Notes: generated by a model from the letters alone, not told the origin. Shown: positions 46,920-57,946, counted from the first letter of the stretch. The stretch is 64,000 nt of DNA from an uncultured bacterium (GCA_963713855.1 OY970209.1:960001-1024000); one strand, 5' to 3'. Numbers and translations: made by a program.

Positions 46920-47368
46920 GCAATGCTCAAGATAAAGCCTATAGCTGACCCGTATAAAACGTATCTAAGCATATAAGCCACGACGCCATCGATACCATAT
47001 CCGCTTGCAAATTGGCGTAGCGGCACTACTTTTCTTGCTTTAACGCACGCATTAACGGAATCACAGTAAGGAGCAAGAAAACCGCTAATGATTGCTTGCA
47101 TTAAACCTAAAAAGCCACCCGCAATGATTGATGGCTCTATGCTAAATGTTTTAAAGACCCATACGTAGGCGTAAGCTATAGCTATGCTTGTAGCAAGATG
47201 GAGAAAGAGGGATGAAACGCCTGATAGTAGGTGACGTGGTGCAACGCTTATCATGGATGCTCTGTAGAATGGTATGTTAACGCGCGTAAGCCCAAGCCCA
47301 CGCACTAACGTGGACCACAGGTCCATCAGAATGCCGCCAACAAGACCAGCCTTGAATATTTCTATCAT
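46916..47368 (-). CDS. Membrane protein (about 4 TM)
   Basis: AGLVGGILMD...HL...hydrophobic helices; start MIEIFK after GGGA. Confidence 0.7.
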   Translation of the reverse strand: MIEIFKAGLVGGILMDLWSTLVRGLGLTRVNIPFYRASMISVAPRHLLSGVSSLFLHLATSIAIAYAYVWVFKTFSIEPSIIAGGFLGLMQAIISGFLAPYCDSVNACVKARKVVPLRQFASGYGIDGVVAYMLRYVLYGSAIGFILSIA

Positions 47369-47395
47369 AATGAATGTGTTTCCCTTGATGTGCAT

Positions 47396-47494
47396 AAAAA
47401 AAGGTGGAACTACCCAGCTTATCACCAGACCCAGCGAGCTTGGCCCTTAAGTGCCTTGCCCGTGAGCAAGCTTATAGCTTATATTCCACCATCA
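47396..47494 (-). ncRNA. Candidate ~95-nt rod-shaped small RNA or attenuator leader
   Basis: GGTGGAAT...GTTCCACC closing stem plus U-tract, internal stems, and a promoter directly upstream. Confidence 0.5.
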
Positions 47495-47500
47495 ATTCTC

Positions 47501-47528
47501 AGTATATCAGAAAATTAAATTATGTCAA
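47501..47528 (-). promoter_or_regulatory. Sigma70-type promoter
   Basis: TTGACA-16 nt-TATACT on the minus strand. Confidence 0.7.
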
Positions 47529-47551
47529 CTTTGAATTTGTTGTACTCAGCC

Positions 47552-47597
47552 ACCAAAAGGGGCCAGGCAGAGTTGTTTTCGCCTGGCCCCTTTTGGT
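47552..47597 (-). terminator. Strong hairpin after dnaK
   Basis: ACCAAAAGGGGCCAGGC / GCCTGGCCCCTTTTGGT, 17-bp perfect stem. Confidence 0.75.
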
Positions 47598-47599
47598 CT

Positions 47600-49474
47600 T
47601 TATTTTGATTCTGAAAACTCTGTATCTATAGGGCCTTGGCCGCCTCCTTCTGAGGAGTTGTTTTGTTGCCCTTCCTTATAGAGTTCAGAGGCTATCTTAT
47701 GCCACGTTTGCATGAGTTCGTCAGTCTCTCTTTGCAGTGCATCGGCATCATTTTCATGCTCTTTTAATGTATTTTTAGCTTTCTCTAAAGCCTTTTGTAT
47801 CGTTTCTTGATCGCCAGCAGAGACTTTGTCTTTGCTTGTGCTCAGCGTTTTTTCAATTTCTAAAATGAGGCCATCGAGGCGATTTCTCTTTTCAACTGTC
47901 TCACGAATCTTTTTGTCTTCTGCTTCGTGTTCTTTCGCTTCGTTTACCATGCGCTCGATATCTTCTTTACTAAGACCGGTTGTCGACGTGATGGTGATAC
48001 GCTGTTCTTTGCCTGTTGCTTTGTCTTTTGCAGACACGTGAAGAATGCCATTCGCATCTATGTCAAAAGTCACTTCAACTTGAGGTACGCTACGAGGAGC
48101 TGGTGGTAAGCCTTCAAGTCTGAATTGACCAAGCATTTTATTATCTCGTGCAAGCTCGCGCTCACCCTGCACTACCTTAATATCAACGGCCGTTTGATTA
48201 TCTTCAGCCGTAGTAAATATTTGGGATTTACGCGTTGGAATGGTGGTGTTGCGCTCAATAAGGCGCGCGGTAATACCGCCGAGTGTCTCAATACCGAGCG
48301 AAAGTGGCGTTACGTCAAGCAAAAGAACTTCACGAACTTCTCCCGTCAATACTGCTCCTTGAACAGCAGCACCCACAGCCACGGCCTCATCAGGGTTTAC
48401 TGACTTATTAGGCTCTTTGCCAAAATAGTCTTTAACAATCTCTTGTATCTTAGGCATTCGGGTAGAGCCGCCCACCAAAATGACTTCATCAATCTTATTC
48501 GGAGATATTCCTGAGTCTTGAACTGCTTGCTTTGTTGGTTTTAATAGCCTTTCAAAAATATCACTGCACAGTGATTCAAGCTTTGCGCGAGACAATTTCA
48601 TAACCAAGTGCTTTGGTCCCGAAGCATCAGCCGTAATATAGGGCAAGTTAATTTCAGTCTCATGGAGTGTAGAAAGTTCTATCTTGGCCTTTTCAGCCTC
48701 TTCTTTTAAGCGCTGCAGAGCCATGCGGTCATTTTTAAGATCAATGCCCGTATTTTTTTTAAACTCATCAATTAAATAGGTAACTATCCTATTGTCAATA
48801 TCATCTCCACCAAGGTGTGTATCGCCGCTCGTTGCTTTTACCTCTATGACCCCTTCATTAACCTCAAGAATAGAAATATCAAAAGTGCCGCCACCAAAGT
48901 CGAATACCGCAATGGTGCCATTTTTCTTTTTATCAAATCCATAGGCTAAGGCAGCGGCAGTAGGCTCGTTAATGATTCGGCGTACTTCTAGTCCAGCTAT
49001 TTTCCCTGCATCTTTTGTCGCTTGTCTTTGGGCATCGTTAAAGTATGCGGGTACCGTAATAACCGCTTCAGTGACCGTTTGACCAAGATAGCTTTCAGCT
49101 GCTTGTTTTAGTTTTGTTAATATCGCCGCAGATATCTCTGGAGGCGTGTATTCTTGACCTTGGACCATTATGGCAACGTCTCCATTTGGCCGACGTACGA
49201 CACGGTAAGGTACTAAGCTTATTTCTTTTTTAATTTCATCATAGGTTTGACCCATGAACCTTTTTATTGAGTATATGGTATTTTCTGGATTGGTAACTGC
49301 TTGCCTCTTTGCAAGCACACCAACAAGCCTTTTGCCATCTTTAGTAAAAGCAACCACTGAAGGTGTCGTATTTTGGCCCTCTTGGTTTGGTATAACCTTG
49401 GGAGTTCCTCCCTCCATAACCGCCACTACCGAATTGGTAGTTCCTAAGTCAATGCCTATTATTTTCTTAGCCAT
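47600..49474 (-). CDS. dnaK: Chaperone DnaK (Hsp70)
   Basis: [42 protein letters not shown]. Confidence 0.99.
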   Translation of the reverse strand: MAKKIIGIDLGTTNSVVAVMEGGTPKVIPNQEGQNTTPSVVAFTKDGKRLVGVLAKRQAVTNPENTIYSIKRFMGQTYDEIKKEISLVPYRVVRRPNGDVAIMVQGQEYTPPEISAAILTKLKQAAESYLGQTVTEAVITVPAYFNDAQRQATKDAGKIAGLEVRRIINEPTAAALAYGFDKKKNGTIAVFDFGGGTFDISILEVNEGVIEVKATSGDTHLGGDDIDNRIVTYLIDEFKKNTGIDLKNDRMALQRLKEEAEKAKIELSTLHETEINLPYITADASGPKHLVMKLSRAKLESLCSDIFERLLKPTKQAVQDSGISPNKIDEVILVGGSTRMPKIQEIVKDYFGKEPNKSVNPDEAVAVGAAVQGAVLTGEVREVLLLDVTPLSLGIETLGGITARLIERNTTIPTRKSQIFTTAEDNQTAVDIKVVQGERELARDNKMLGQFRLEGLPPAPRSVPQVEVTFDIDANGILHVSAKDKATGKEQRITITSTTGLSKEDIERMVNEAKEHEAEDKKIRETVEKRNRLDGLILEIEKTLSTSKDKVSAGDQETIQKALEKAKNTLKEHENDADALQRETDELMQTWHKIASELYKEGQQNNSSEGGGQGPIDTEFSESK

Positions 49475-50150
49475 ACGTTTTCAATTCCTGCTTTTTTTGA
49501 GTTGTGACATTTTGATTATATACATTAACATCTTGTATTTTTGAGGTCAAGCACTATGCTCACATTTTTTGAGTGTGATAGACTCAACTTTTTATTTCGA
49601 GGTTAAGCAAAAAGCTGGTTGAATGGTTATCGATCAGATTAGGGTGGATAGGAATCGTTAGAAAGACGAAACGTTCGCTAAAAATCAGGGGAGTGCTGTT
49701 GAATGTCTTAACTATAATGTGTAAGCTCGGACACTGCATGCAGATAATCACTTGAAATATCTGCAAGAGTGGCGACTTCGGCAAAAATATTGAGGGCTTC
49801 ATTCATCGTAGGTATAACCCAAGCAAGGTGGTACAAAAACAGTTGAGAAAAGCAATGCACCCAGAATTGAAGATGTCATGTTTAGATCGCACATTTATAT
49901 GTTGGATTATTTAATAATGTGCATACTATTTTAATGTTTCAAGCCGATATCGACAGATGGTACATCTACGGTGGCAAATGAGGAACATGTTGGCATAAAA
50001 CGTATGGTTAATGATTTTGGTTAACTCTAATTTCGGGGGTTTTATTTAAGGCTAAAGAAGCTGGCTTGCGCTTTTTGCTTGTTTGTATAAGCTTGCGTAT
50101 GGTTAAAGGAAGCTGGCCGTTGCAGGTTAAGCTATCAGAAGGAGAAGTTA

Positions 50151-53100
50151 ATGAAAATTACTACTTTACTCAGTGTAGTATTATCGCTTATGGCGAGTGT
50201 GCAATCTCTAGCTATGTGTTCCTTGCAGTCAGGTACTTCATATAATGAGTCTCCCGGTTCTTTTGGTCCCCAATCAGTGGCATTTTCTCTCAATGGCTTA
50301 TATTGCGCTACTGCTAATTACGACACAGATAATGTAACACTATTTCGGGTTGGGTCAGGAGGTACATTAAGCGGGGGAACTTTATATGCTTTACCTGTTG
50401 GTTCTAGGGGACCTCTCTCAGTGGCTTTTTCGCCTTCAGATAATTATTTAGCAAGTTCTAATGCTACAAATGATGTGACGATATTTACTGTAGGAATAGG
50501 AGGCGCATTAAGTGGAGGAGCGTCCTATTCTTTACCCGCCGCTTCTACAGGTCCTAACTCGGTAGCGTTTTCACCAAATGGCTCTTATCTTGCTACAGCC
50601 AATTCGACCTCAAACAATGTAACAATATTTACTGTAGGAACAGGAGGCGCATTGAGCGGAGGTACCTCATATCCTTTACCCGCTGGTTCTACGGGTCCCG
50701 CATCAGTAGCATTTTCACCAAACGGCTCTTATCTTGTAGTTGCTAATTCTGGTGGTTCGAATAATGTAACAGTATTTACAGTTGGTGCAGGTGGAGCTTT
50801 AAACGGAGGAGTGTCATACGCTTTGCCTGCCGGTTCTACATGGCCCATTTCAGCAGTATTTTCACCCAATGGCGCCTATGTAGCTACCGCTAATTATTTC
50901 TCTAGCAATGTAACAATATTTACTGTAGGAGCAGGAGGAGTTTTAAGTGGAGGAACATCGTACCCTTTACCAGCAGGTTCTTCTGTTCCTTTTTCAGCAG
51001 CTTTTTCACCCTCGGGTTCTTATCTAGCTATTGCTAATAACAGCTCCAATGATGTAACAATATTTTCCGTAGGGGCGGGAGGAGTACTCAGCGCAGGAAC
51101 GTCGTATGCTTTACCTGCTGGTTCTCTAACCCCGTGGTCAATAGCATTTTCACCTTCGGGTTCTCATCTAGCTACCGCTAATTATAATTCGAACAGTGTA
51201 ACAACATTTGCTGTAGGCGCCGGGGGAGTTTTAAGCGGAGGCACATCATATGCTTTACCAGCTCCTGGTGTGCAACCTTCTGCAGTAGCTTTCTCGCCTT
51301 CGGGTTCTTATGTAGCTACCACTAACAGCAGTTCAAATAATGTAACAATATTCGCCGTAGAGGTAGGGGGAATTTTAAGCAGGGGAGCATCATATACTTT
51401 ACCTTCTGGTTCTACCGGTCCTGGGTCAATAGCATTTTCTCCATCAGGATCTTATCTAGCTACTGCTAACTATTCCTCGAGTAATGTAACAATATTTACC
51501 GTAGGCGCAGGAGGAGTATTAAGTGGAGGAACTTCATATGCTTTACCGGCAGGTGCTAGCAGCCCTACCGCGGTAGCCTTCTCGCCAAGTGGATCTTATC
51601 TAGCTACTGTTAATTTGTCATCAACTAATATTACAATATTTACGGTGGGCGCAGGGGGAGCCTTAAGTGGAGGAACTTCGTACGCGTTACCGGCAGGTTC
51701 GAGCTATCCTGAATCTGTAATGTTTTCCCCCTCCGGTAACTATGTGGCTGTAGCTAACCTCACTTCAAATAACGTATCAGTATTTACGGTAGGGGCAGGA
51801 GGAATTTTAAGCGGGGGAACATCATACGCTTTACCTTCTGGTTCCACAGGTCCTTGGACAGTAGCATTCTCGCCATCGGGCAATTATCTAGCTACCGCTA
51901 ATTATTACTCGCATGATATCACGGTATTTACGGTTGGGGCAGGAGGAGCCTTAAATGGCGGAATATCTTATCCTTTTAATGGTAACGCTCAATCACTAGC
52001 GTTTTCGCCATCAGGTAGTTATCTAGCTACCGCTGAAAGTGGCTATATTACCATATTTACGGTGCAAGCAGGTGGAGCATTAAGTGGGGGAATGACATAC
52101 GCTTCACCGCAGGGCGTGGTCGGAAATGGTGCATCAGGATTAGCATTTTCACCATCAGGCACATACTTGGCAGCGGCTAGCTACGGCGTGTCCGGTGTCA
52201 CTTTATTTACAGTAGAATCAGGAGGAAATTTAACTAGCAATACAAGTTTCTCAGGAGTATTTTCGCCATCAGGTGCTTACTTAGCTACTATCGATAGCAG
52301 CTCAAATAGTGTGACAATGTTTAAGGTAGGGGCAGGAGGAGCTTTGAGCTCCGATATTGTGTATGCTTTGCCCGCTGGTTCTGGCAATCCCTACTCAATA
52401 GGGTTCTCGCCGTCAGGCGCATATGTTGCTACAGCTAATTATGATTCCAATGATGTTACAGTCTTTAATGTTGGACCAGATGGAGACTTAAGTGCTGGCA
52501 CATCTTACTCTTTACCTGCTGGATCTACTAATCCTCGCTCACTAGCATTCTCGCCATCTGGCAAGTATTTAGCGACTGCTAATGTTGGTTCAAATAATGT
52601 AACCATATTCACCGTAGGAGCGCAAGGAGCCTTAAGTGGAGGCTCTTCATACGCCTTATCAGCTGGCACCGCTAATCCTGTATCAATAGTATTCTCGCCT
52701 TCTGGTAACTATCTAGCTGTTAGTGACGCTACTACCGATACTGTAACAGTGTTTACCGTAGGAACTGGCGGTTCTTTAACTGGAGGCACTTCATATGCTT
52801 TACCCGCTGGGTCTACATATCCAGTCTTTGTGGCATTCTCACCTTCAGGTACCTATTTAGCCACCGTTAACAATACTTCTAATGATGTAACAGTATTTAC
52901 GGTTGACACTGCGGGAGCTTTAAGTGGAGGTATATCCTATGCCTTACCTGCTGGTTCAACTAATCCTCAATCACTGGCATTTTCGCCTTCTGGCGCGTAT
53001 TTGACTGTTGCTAATGAGGGTTCGAATACAGTGACAGTGTTTTCTGTGGGGACAGGCGGAGTCTTAAGTGCTGGTATTTCGTACGCACTACCTACTGGAT

Positions 53101-54413
53101 CCATAAATCCTTACGGTATAGTATTTTCGCCTTCTGGACAATATGTTGCTACTATTAATAGCCCTTCAAACGATATAACCGTTTTTACTGCTGCAAGCTG
53201 CTTTGCAAGCCTTGCCAACCCTGGAATCTCTTATTCCTTACCTTCAGGCTCTCAAAAACCTGATTCGGTGGCATTTTCGTCAAATGGCGTGTACCTTGCG
53301 ACGGCAAATTATAAGACAAGCGATGTAACTTTTTATTCAACAAATTTAGGAAGCGCTTTGAATGGTGGAATTTCCTACTCGCTGCCATCGGGATCATTGT
53401 TTCCTTCTGATGTTGCTTTTTCTTTTGATACCTCGTATCTCGCTACCTCTAATAGCGGGTCGAATGATGTTACCTTATTTAAAATAGCGACAGGACAATT
53501 AATGAGCGGAACGTCATATGCTTTACCTGCTAACTCAGCGGACCCTAGTGCACTCAGTTTCTCTCCCAATGATGGTTATCTTGCGGTAACTAACAGCAAC
53601 TCAAACGATGTGACTATATTTAAAATAACAGCAGGTGCATTAACCGGAGAGATTTCCTATGCATTGCCGGCAGGATCATTAGCTCCTGTCTCAGTAGCTT
53701 TTGCGCCGGATGGCTCATATCTTGCTACAGCAAATGTTGGTTCGAATGATGTAACACTCTTTCAGGTGACGGGGGGTATACTAAGTGGAGGGGCTTCTCA
53801 GAATTTACCAAGCAGCTCCAACAGGCCACGTTCAGTAGTCTTTTTACCATCTGCCAGTGGTGGACTTCTTATTGCCACTGCTAATAGTGATTCGAATGAT
53901 GTTACGATCTTCCCTATCAACGCTGGTCTATTGAGTGCGGGACAATCATATCCTTTGCCCCTAGACGCCGTTAACCCACACTCTCTTGCCTCTTCATCGA
54001 CAGGTGCATACCTTGCTACTGCCAATACGGGTTCGAATAGTATTACTCTCTTTGCTATTAATGGCGATATGTTAGATCTGGGCACTTCTTATGCTTTGCC
54101 TATGCAGTCTGATGATGACGTAGCAGTAGCCTTTTCACCGATTGTTTCAAGTAATGGAGCCACGGTACTCGCAACGGCAAATAGCGCATCAAATGATGTA
54201 TCGGTTTTTCCTCTTCTTGGTTCCGGGACTGGAGACGGTGGTAGTTTACCGTTAGACGTTATTATAGGAACAACGGTGGGAATACCGGTAGGTCTTGCGG
54301 TTTTAGCGATAGGAACAAGCATAGTTGGTTTCTTTGTATATAAGTACGTGCGCCGGTATCGGCCAGCAGGCAATGTTAATTTTACTGGTGCAGAATCATC
54401 CCAAACTCTCTAA
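50151..54413 (+). CDS. Large surface beta-propeller repeat protein (lactonase/WD40-like, 28 repeats) with signal peptide and C-terminal TM anchor
   Basis: ~48-aa repeat SYALPAGS..P.SVAFSPSG.YLATAN..SN.VTIFTVGAGG.LSGG; TM segment VIIGTTVGIPVGLAVLAIGTSIVGFFVY. Confidence 0.9.
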   Translation: MKITTLLSVVLSLMASVQSLAMCSLQSGTSYNESPGSFGPQSVAFSLNGLYCATANYDTDNVTLFRVGSGGTLSGGTLYALPVGSRGPLSVAFSPSDNYLASSNATNDVTIFTVGIGGALSGGASYSLPAASTGPNSVAFSPNGSYLATANSTSNNVTIFTVGTGGALSGGTSYPLPAGSTGPASVAFSPNGSYLVVANSGGSNNVTVFTVGAGGALNGGVSYALPAGSTWPISAVFSPNGAYVATANYFSSNVTIFTVGAGGVLSGGTSYPLPAGSSVPFSAAFSPSGSYLAIANNSSNDVTIFSVGAGGVLSAGTSYALPAGSLTPWSIAFSPSGSHLATANYNSNSVTTFAVGAGGVLSGGTSYALPAPGVQPSAVAFSPSGSYVATTNSSSNNVTIFAVEVGGILSRGASYTLPSGSTGPGSIAFSPSGSYLATANYSSSNVTIFTVGAGGVLSGGTSYALPAGASSPTAVAFSPSGSYLATVNLSSTNITIFTVGAGGALSGGTSYALPAGSSYPESVMFSPSGNYVAVANLTSNNVSVFTVGAGGILSGGTSYALPSGSTGPWTVAFSPSGNYLATANYYSHDITVFTVGAGGALNGGISYPFNGNAQSLAFSPSGSYLATAESGYITIFTVQAGGALSGGMTYASPQGVVGNGASGLAFSPSGTYLAAASYGVSGVTLFTVESGGNLTSNTSFSGVFSPSGAYLATIDSSSNSVTMFKVGAGGALSSDIVYALPAGSGNPYSIGFSPSGAYVATANYDSNDVTVFNVGPDGDLSAGTSYSLPAGSTNPRSLAFSPSGKYLATANVGSNNVTIFTVGAQGALSGGSSYALSAGTANPVSIVFSPSGNYLAVSDATTDTVTVFTVGTGGSLTGGTSYALPAGSTYPVFVAFSPSGTYLATVNNTSNDVTVFTVDTAGALSGGISYALPAGSTNPQSLAFSPSGAYLTVANEGSNTVTVFSVGTGGVLSAGISYALPTGSINPYGIVFSPSGQYVATINSPSNDITVFTAASCFASLANPGISYSLPSGSQKPDSVAFSSNGVYLATANYKTSDVTFYSTNLGSALNGGISYSLPSGSLFPSDVAFSFDTSYLATSNSGSNDVTLFKIATGQLMSGTSYALPANSADPSALSFSPNDGYLAVTNSNSNDVTIFKITAGALTGEISYALPAGSLAPVSVAFAPDGSYLATANVGSNDVTLFQVTGGILSGGASQNLPSSSNRPRSVVFLPSASGGLLIATANSDSNDVTIFPINAGLLSAGQSYPLPLDAVNPHSLASSSTGAYLATANTGSNSITLFAINGDMLDLGTSYALPMQSDDDVAVAFSPIVSSNGATVLATANSASNDVSVFPLLGSGTGDGGSLPLDVIIGTTVGIPVGLAVLAIGTSIVGFFVYKYVRRYRPAGNVNFTGAESSQTL

Positions 54414-54643
54414 AACCCTTACATATATATCAACGCATAATGATCTAAAGTGCTATACTGCCCTTATGTCCACTATAAGACAGTTTGTCCAGGCAAGGTG
54501 ACTGACCCTTGACCTCAGGCAAAAACATATTTATGTGCGCAAGATCTTTGCTTTGATGGGACGTTTGCTCAATATGAAGAATATGTTATAATAGACGCGG
54601 GTAAAAGCCTTTAAAGATGTATAGTCTTAAAAAGGTTGAGCCC

Positions 54644-55174
54644 ATGTTTTTGTTGTATGAAAAAGTGGTATACGCGGGGCATGGCGTAGCACAAATAACG
54701 CGTATTATTGAAAAAGTAGTTGGTGGCTACAAAAAAAGCTATTACGAACTACGTTTTCTTAATAAAGATATGACCGTGCTTGTACCAATTGAAAATATTG
54801 AAACGGTTCCTATTAGGCCTTTGAGTTCACCTGAAAATGTATCTACTGCTCTTCAGGTCTTAGCTCAACCAGCTCGCAAATTAAATGCGTACGAATTTAC
54901 GGCAAGCAGCTGGAATAAAAGAAATAAAGAGTATCAAACAAAATTAAGAGCTGGAGGATTGAGGGAATTGTCTGAGATTTACCGCGACCTCAAATGCATT
55001 GAATTGCAAAAGGAACTCTCATTTGGCGAAAAAAGCCTTCTAGGTCAAATAGAGACCTTACTTGTTGAAGAAATCTCTCTGGTTGAAAAAGTCGAGCATG
55101 AGGTGGCTTTAGGACAGTTGAGATCGTTATGCTCTTTACAAGCAAAGACACAACGCGCTAACGAGCTTGTCTGA
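54644..55174 (+). CDS. carD: CarD family transcriptional regulator
   Basis: KVVYAGHGVAQI, VLVP, WNKR, LSFGEK. Confidence 0.9.
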   Translation: MFLLYEKVVYAGHGVAQITRIIEKVVGGYKKSYYELRFLNKDMTVLVPIENIETVPIRPLSSPENVSTALQVLAQPARKLNAYEFTASSWNKRNKEYQTKLRAGGLRELSEIYRDLKCIELQKELSFGEKSLLGQIETLLVEEISLVEKVEHEVALGQLRSLCSLQAKTQRANELV

Positions 55175-55189
55175 AAAATTTTTTAGTGA

Positions 55190-55218
55190 GCTGCTGAGCT
55201 GTAAAAAGGCTCAGCAGC
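55190..55218. terminator. Hairpin between carD and miaA
   Basis: GCTGCTGAGC...GCTCAGCAGC; no U-tract. Confidence 0.4.
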
Positions 55219-55236
55219 AATGTAGGCAGACACACG

Positions 55237-56157
55237 ATGGATTTTATTATTCTTTACGGTCCGACAGGGGTTGGTAAGACCGATCTTGCTTTAGAGCTTG
55301 GAAAACATATTCCCATTGAGATCATTAATGCTGACGTGGGACAGCTTTACGAACCTCTCACCATTGGAACTGCAAAACCAGCATGGCGAGAACAATCCAT
55401 TGCCCATCACTTATTTGACGTTATTACCGAACCAATTGACTATAACGCACATACGTACCGGTCAGAGTGTTTAAAGCGTATCGGCGAAATTAAGGAGAGG
55501 AAAGCCTTGCCCTGCATAGTAGGTGGCACCGGGTTTTATATAAAATCGCTTTTTTTTCCTGTTTTAGAGACATGCAAGACTTTTTCTTTACCCGAAGAGC
55601 ACGAAATGAGTTGGCAAGCTTTAGCTGCAATTGACCCCGAAAGGGCGGCAGCAATACACCCAAATGATAAGTATCGTATTGAGCGCGCCCTTATTCTCTG
55701 GTACAGTAAAGGTATAGTTCCCTCAAAGGTAAGACCTAAATTTGAGCTTTTGGGTAACTGTTTGTTCATCTACCTTGACAGGGATACCAAAAATCTAAAA
55801 ATTAGAATTAGCAACCGGACGAAAGATATGTTGCAGCAAGGGTGGATTGATGAGGTAAGGAATGTTTCTTCACCGTGGAAGAGCTTTTTAAAGCTAAAGG
55901 GTTTAATGGGTTATCGGGACATTGTGCGCTATCTTGAAAACGATTCTACTGACGTATCAAAGCTTGCGCATGTCATCGAAAAGCAGACATGGGCATACGC
56001 TCGCCGTCAAAGAATTTTTTGGCGCTCTTTAAAAAAATCGTTGTCTGAAGCTCAAGAGAGTATACGTACGGAGGAAATAGATTTGAGTATAGAAAATGTG
56101 CAAGAAGCTGCGCATAGGCTAATTGGTGTTCTTGGCTCTTCTTATAAGGAGCATTAA
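55237..56157 (+). CDS. miaA: tRNA dimethylallyltransferase
   Basis: GPTGVGKT, IGTAKP, HHL, VGGTGFY, IHPND..RI.RAL, YARRQ. Confidence 0.95.
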   Translation: MDFIILYGPTGVGKTDLALELGKHIPIEIINADVGQLYEPLTIGTAKPAWREQSIAHHLFDVITEPIDYNAHTYRSECLKRIGEIKERKALPCIVGGTGFYIKSLFFPVLETCKTFSLPEEHEMSWQALAAIDPERAAAIHPNDKYRIERALILWYSKGIVPSKVRPKFELLGNCLFIYLDRDTKNLKIRISNRTKDMLQQGWIDEVRNVSSPWKSFLKLKGLMGYRDIVRYLENDSTDVSKLAHVIEKQTWAYARRQRIFWRSLKKSLSEAQESIRTEEIDLSIENVQEAAHRLIGVLGSSYKEH

Positions 56158-56160
56158 AGT

Positions 56161-56400
56161 ATGGCACTAAAAGAAGAAGAATCAAATCTTGTGCTTACGT
56201 CTCGGGAGCTTGGAAAAATTATTGCCCTTACTCTTGTTGTAATGCTCTCTGTTTTTATAGCTGGCTATTATTTGGGCAAGAAGGGACATAGTGAAGAATT
56301 ATCAGAATTCGTAAAAAGAGATGCATTTGCAGATCAAATATATTCTTCATTATATGCTTTATATGGGACCGCTTCCCGCGTTAATGAAGATGAGGAATAA
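56161..56400 (+). CDS. Small single-TM hypothetical protein
   Basis: One TM segment (IIALTLVVMLSVFIAGYYLG); operonic position. Confidence 0.65.
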   Translation: MALKEEESNLVLTSRELGKIIALTLVVMLSVFIAGYYLGKKGHSEELSEFVKRDAFADQIYSSLYALYGTASRVNEDEE

Positions 56401-56421
56401 GACCAATAGGAATGGGTACAC

Positions 56422-57930
56422 ATGATTGGAACGATACGTAGACATTTTAGTAAAAAAGCCCTCAATATCATTGTGGGAGTAACGATAATCTCGATGTCCG
56501 GGATTACTTTTATAGTTTCACATTTCTTGCAACGCACTCCAGCAAAAGGGAGCATAGCCACCATTGATGGCTACGAAGTCGGTAGAAGCGAATTTTCTCG
56601 TAGAGTTGCCCAGGAGCAACAGAGGGAGAGCTTTTTGCGACAACTAACACCTAATCCGGAAGTGTTTTTCAAAGCATATGGGTTAAAGGAATCAGCTGAA
56701 GAAAGAGCGCTTGATGCTTTAGTGCAGCAAAAAGTTCTTGTGTCATTTGCTGATTCGATGGGCCTTGTTTTATCACCCGATTATATTTCCGAGAAATTGT
56801 CTGATCCTCAAACTGCGTCAAATTTGTTAGGAGATTTTATTCCTGCTCAAGCAGTTACTCAGGAAGGCATTAACTATAAAGATCTGCTTAAAATGCTTCA
56901 AAAAGTGGGTGTTACTGGGCGTTGTTTAGAAGAGATTGTTGAAGAGCGCCTTAAAGGTGAGTTTGTTAATACTATCGCAAGTTCAAGTGCTTATGTTCCT
57001 CAGGATGCGGTGAGAGATGAATTTGATCGAACATATCGCCCGCGGCAGTTTTCTGTCATTAAGCTTTCATTAGATCCGTACCTTAAAGTCGCTGAGGCAC
57101 AAAAGCCAACGGATGAAGAGCTTAAAAGGGCATTTGAGGAAGGCAATAAGCGTGCTCATCGTTATTGGAAGCCCGAACAGAGAACGGGTAAAGTCTGGAC
57201 CTTTAATCACCCTGCTGAAGATTTTGTCGCACGAGCTGACGTAGCCATCAAGGAGGGTGGTGCCGCGCTCGAGGAATTTATTAAAAAGCTGGATGGTGCC
57301 GTAAGCACTATCGGGCCTACAGAGCGTAAAAATGAGTTGCTTGTGCGTAAGTTGTATGGTGTAAAAGAGGGCGATTCGGTAGCTTTTACTTCTGCTTCCG
57401 GTGAACCGAATAGCCGCGGCTTTATTGTTGAGGTGACTAAAGTGGAGCCTTCTGTGGAGCGCACTTTTGAAGAAACTAAGAGTAGTGTGGAAAAAGATTA
57501 CCAGTTAGCTACTGCTGCAGAAAAGCTTTCCCACGACCTCGATGAATTGAAAGTTATGGATCAAGCGACATTGGATGCTTGGGTTCGTGACCATCAAGCA
57601 AAGACCCTTACAACTGATTTTGTGACCTCTGATGATCCTCAAAAATGGCAATCTCTCGAAAAGGAGGGTTTAAGTTCCCAAGAAATTACACAACTTTTTA
57701 GCATGGATGCACTATCAGATAAAAAAACGATCCTTAACCCAACCAATGGATATCTAGTGCAGCTCTTGTCTTGGGGACAGGCTGATGATAAAAAGTGGAC
57801 CGAAAAAAAGGCTGAAATTTTTGATCGTTTGATGGACCAAGAAGAAGCTCGAGTGGCAAGTGGCTTTGTTGCTTCTTTAGAGAAAAATGCTAAAATTAAG
57901 AGTAATCAACCTCTCTTTAATCGTCGTTAA
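56422..57930 (+). CDS. SurA N-terminal domain / PpiD-like periplasmic chaperone
   Basis: MIGTIRRH N-terminal TM anchor, IATIDGYEV, LVQQKVL...A..MGL, C-terminal LEKNAKIK. Confidence 0.75.
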   Translation: MIGTIRRHFSKKALNIIVGVTIISMSGITFIVSHFLQRTPAKGSIATIDGYEVGRSEFSRRVAQEQQRESFLRQLTPNPEVFFKAYGLKESAEERALDALVQQKVLVSFADSMGLVLSPDYISEKLSDPQTASNLLGDFIPAQAVTQEGINYKDLLKMLQKVGVTGRCLEEIVEERLKGEFVNTIASSSAYVPQDAVRDEFDRTYRPRQFSVIKLSLDPYLKVAEAQKPTDEELKRAFEEGNKRAHRYWKPEQRTGKVWTFNHPAEDFVARADVAIKEGGAALEEFIKKLDGAVSTIGPTERKNELLVRKLYGVKEGDSVAFTSASGEPNSRGFIVEVTKVEPSVERTFEETKSSVEKDYQLATAAEKLSHDLDELKVMDQATLDAWVRDHQAKTLTTDFVTSDDPQKWQSLEKEGLSSQEITQLFSMDALSDKKTILNPTNGYLVQLLSWGQADDKKWTEKKAEIFDRLMDQEEARVASGFVASLEKNAKIKSNQPLFNRR

Positions 57931-57946
57931 AAAGTGAGCAATAAGC

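Noticed and set aside
49553..49579. CIRCE element upstream of dnaK (ACTATGCTC-N9-GAGTGTGAT)
   Set aside because: The CTC-N9-GAG core and spacing fit, but the arms deviate too much from TTAGCACTC/GAGTGCTAA to call it.
49584..50030. Possible decayed gene between dnaK and the propeller gene
   Set aside because: Short open stretches look coding-like, but I recognise no family; a tblastx search is needed.
50230..54210. Repeats as CRISPR or DGR template/variable repeats
   Set aside because: They are in-frame coding repeats diverged at synonymous sites, with no adenine-specific pattern evident and no reverse transcriptase in the window.
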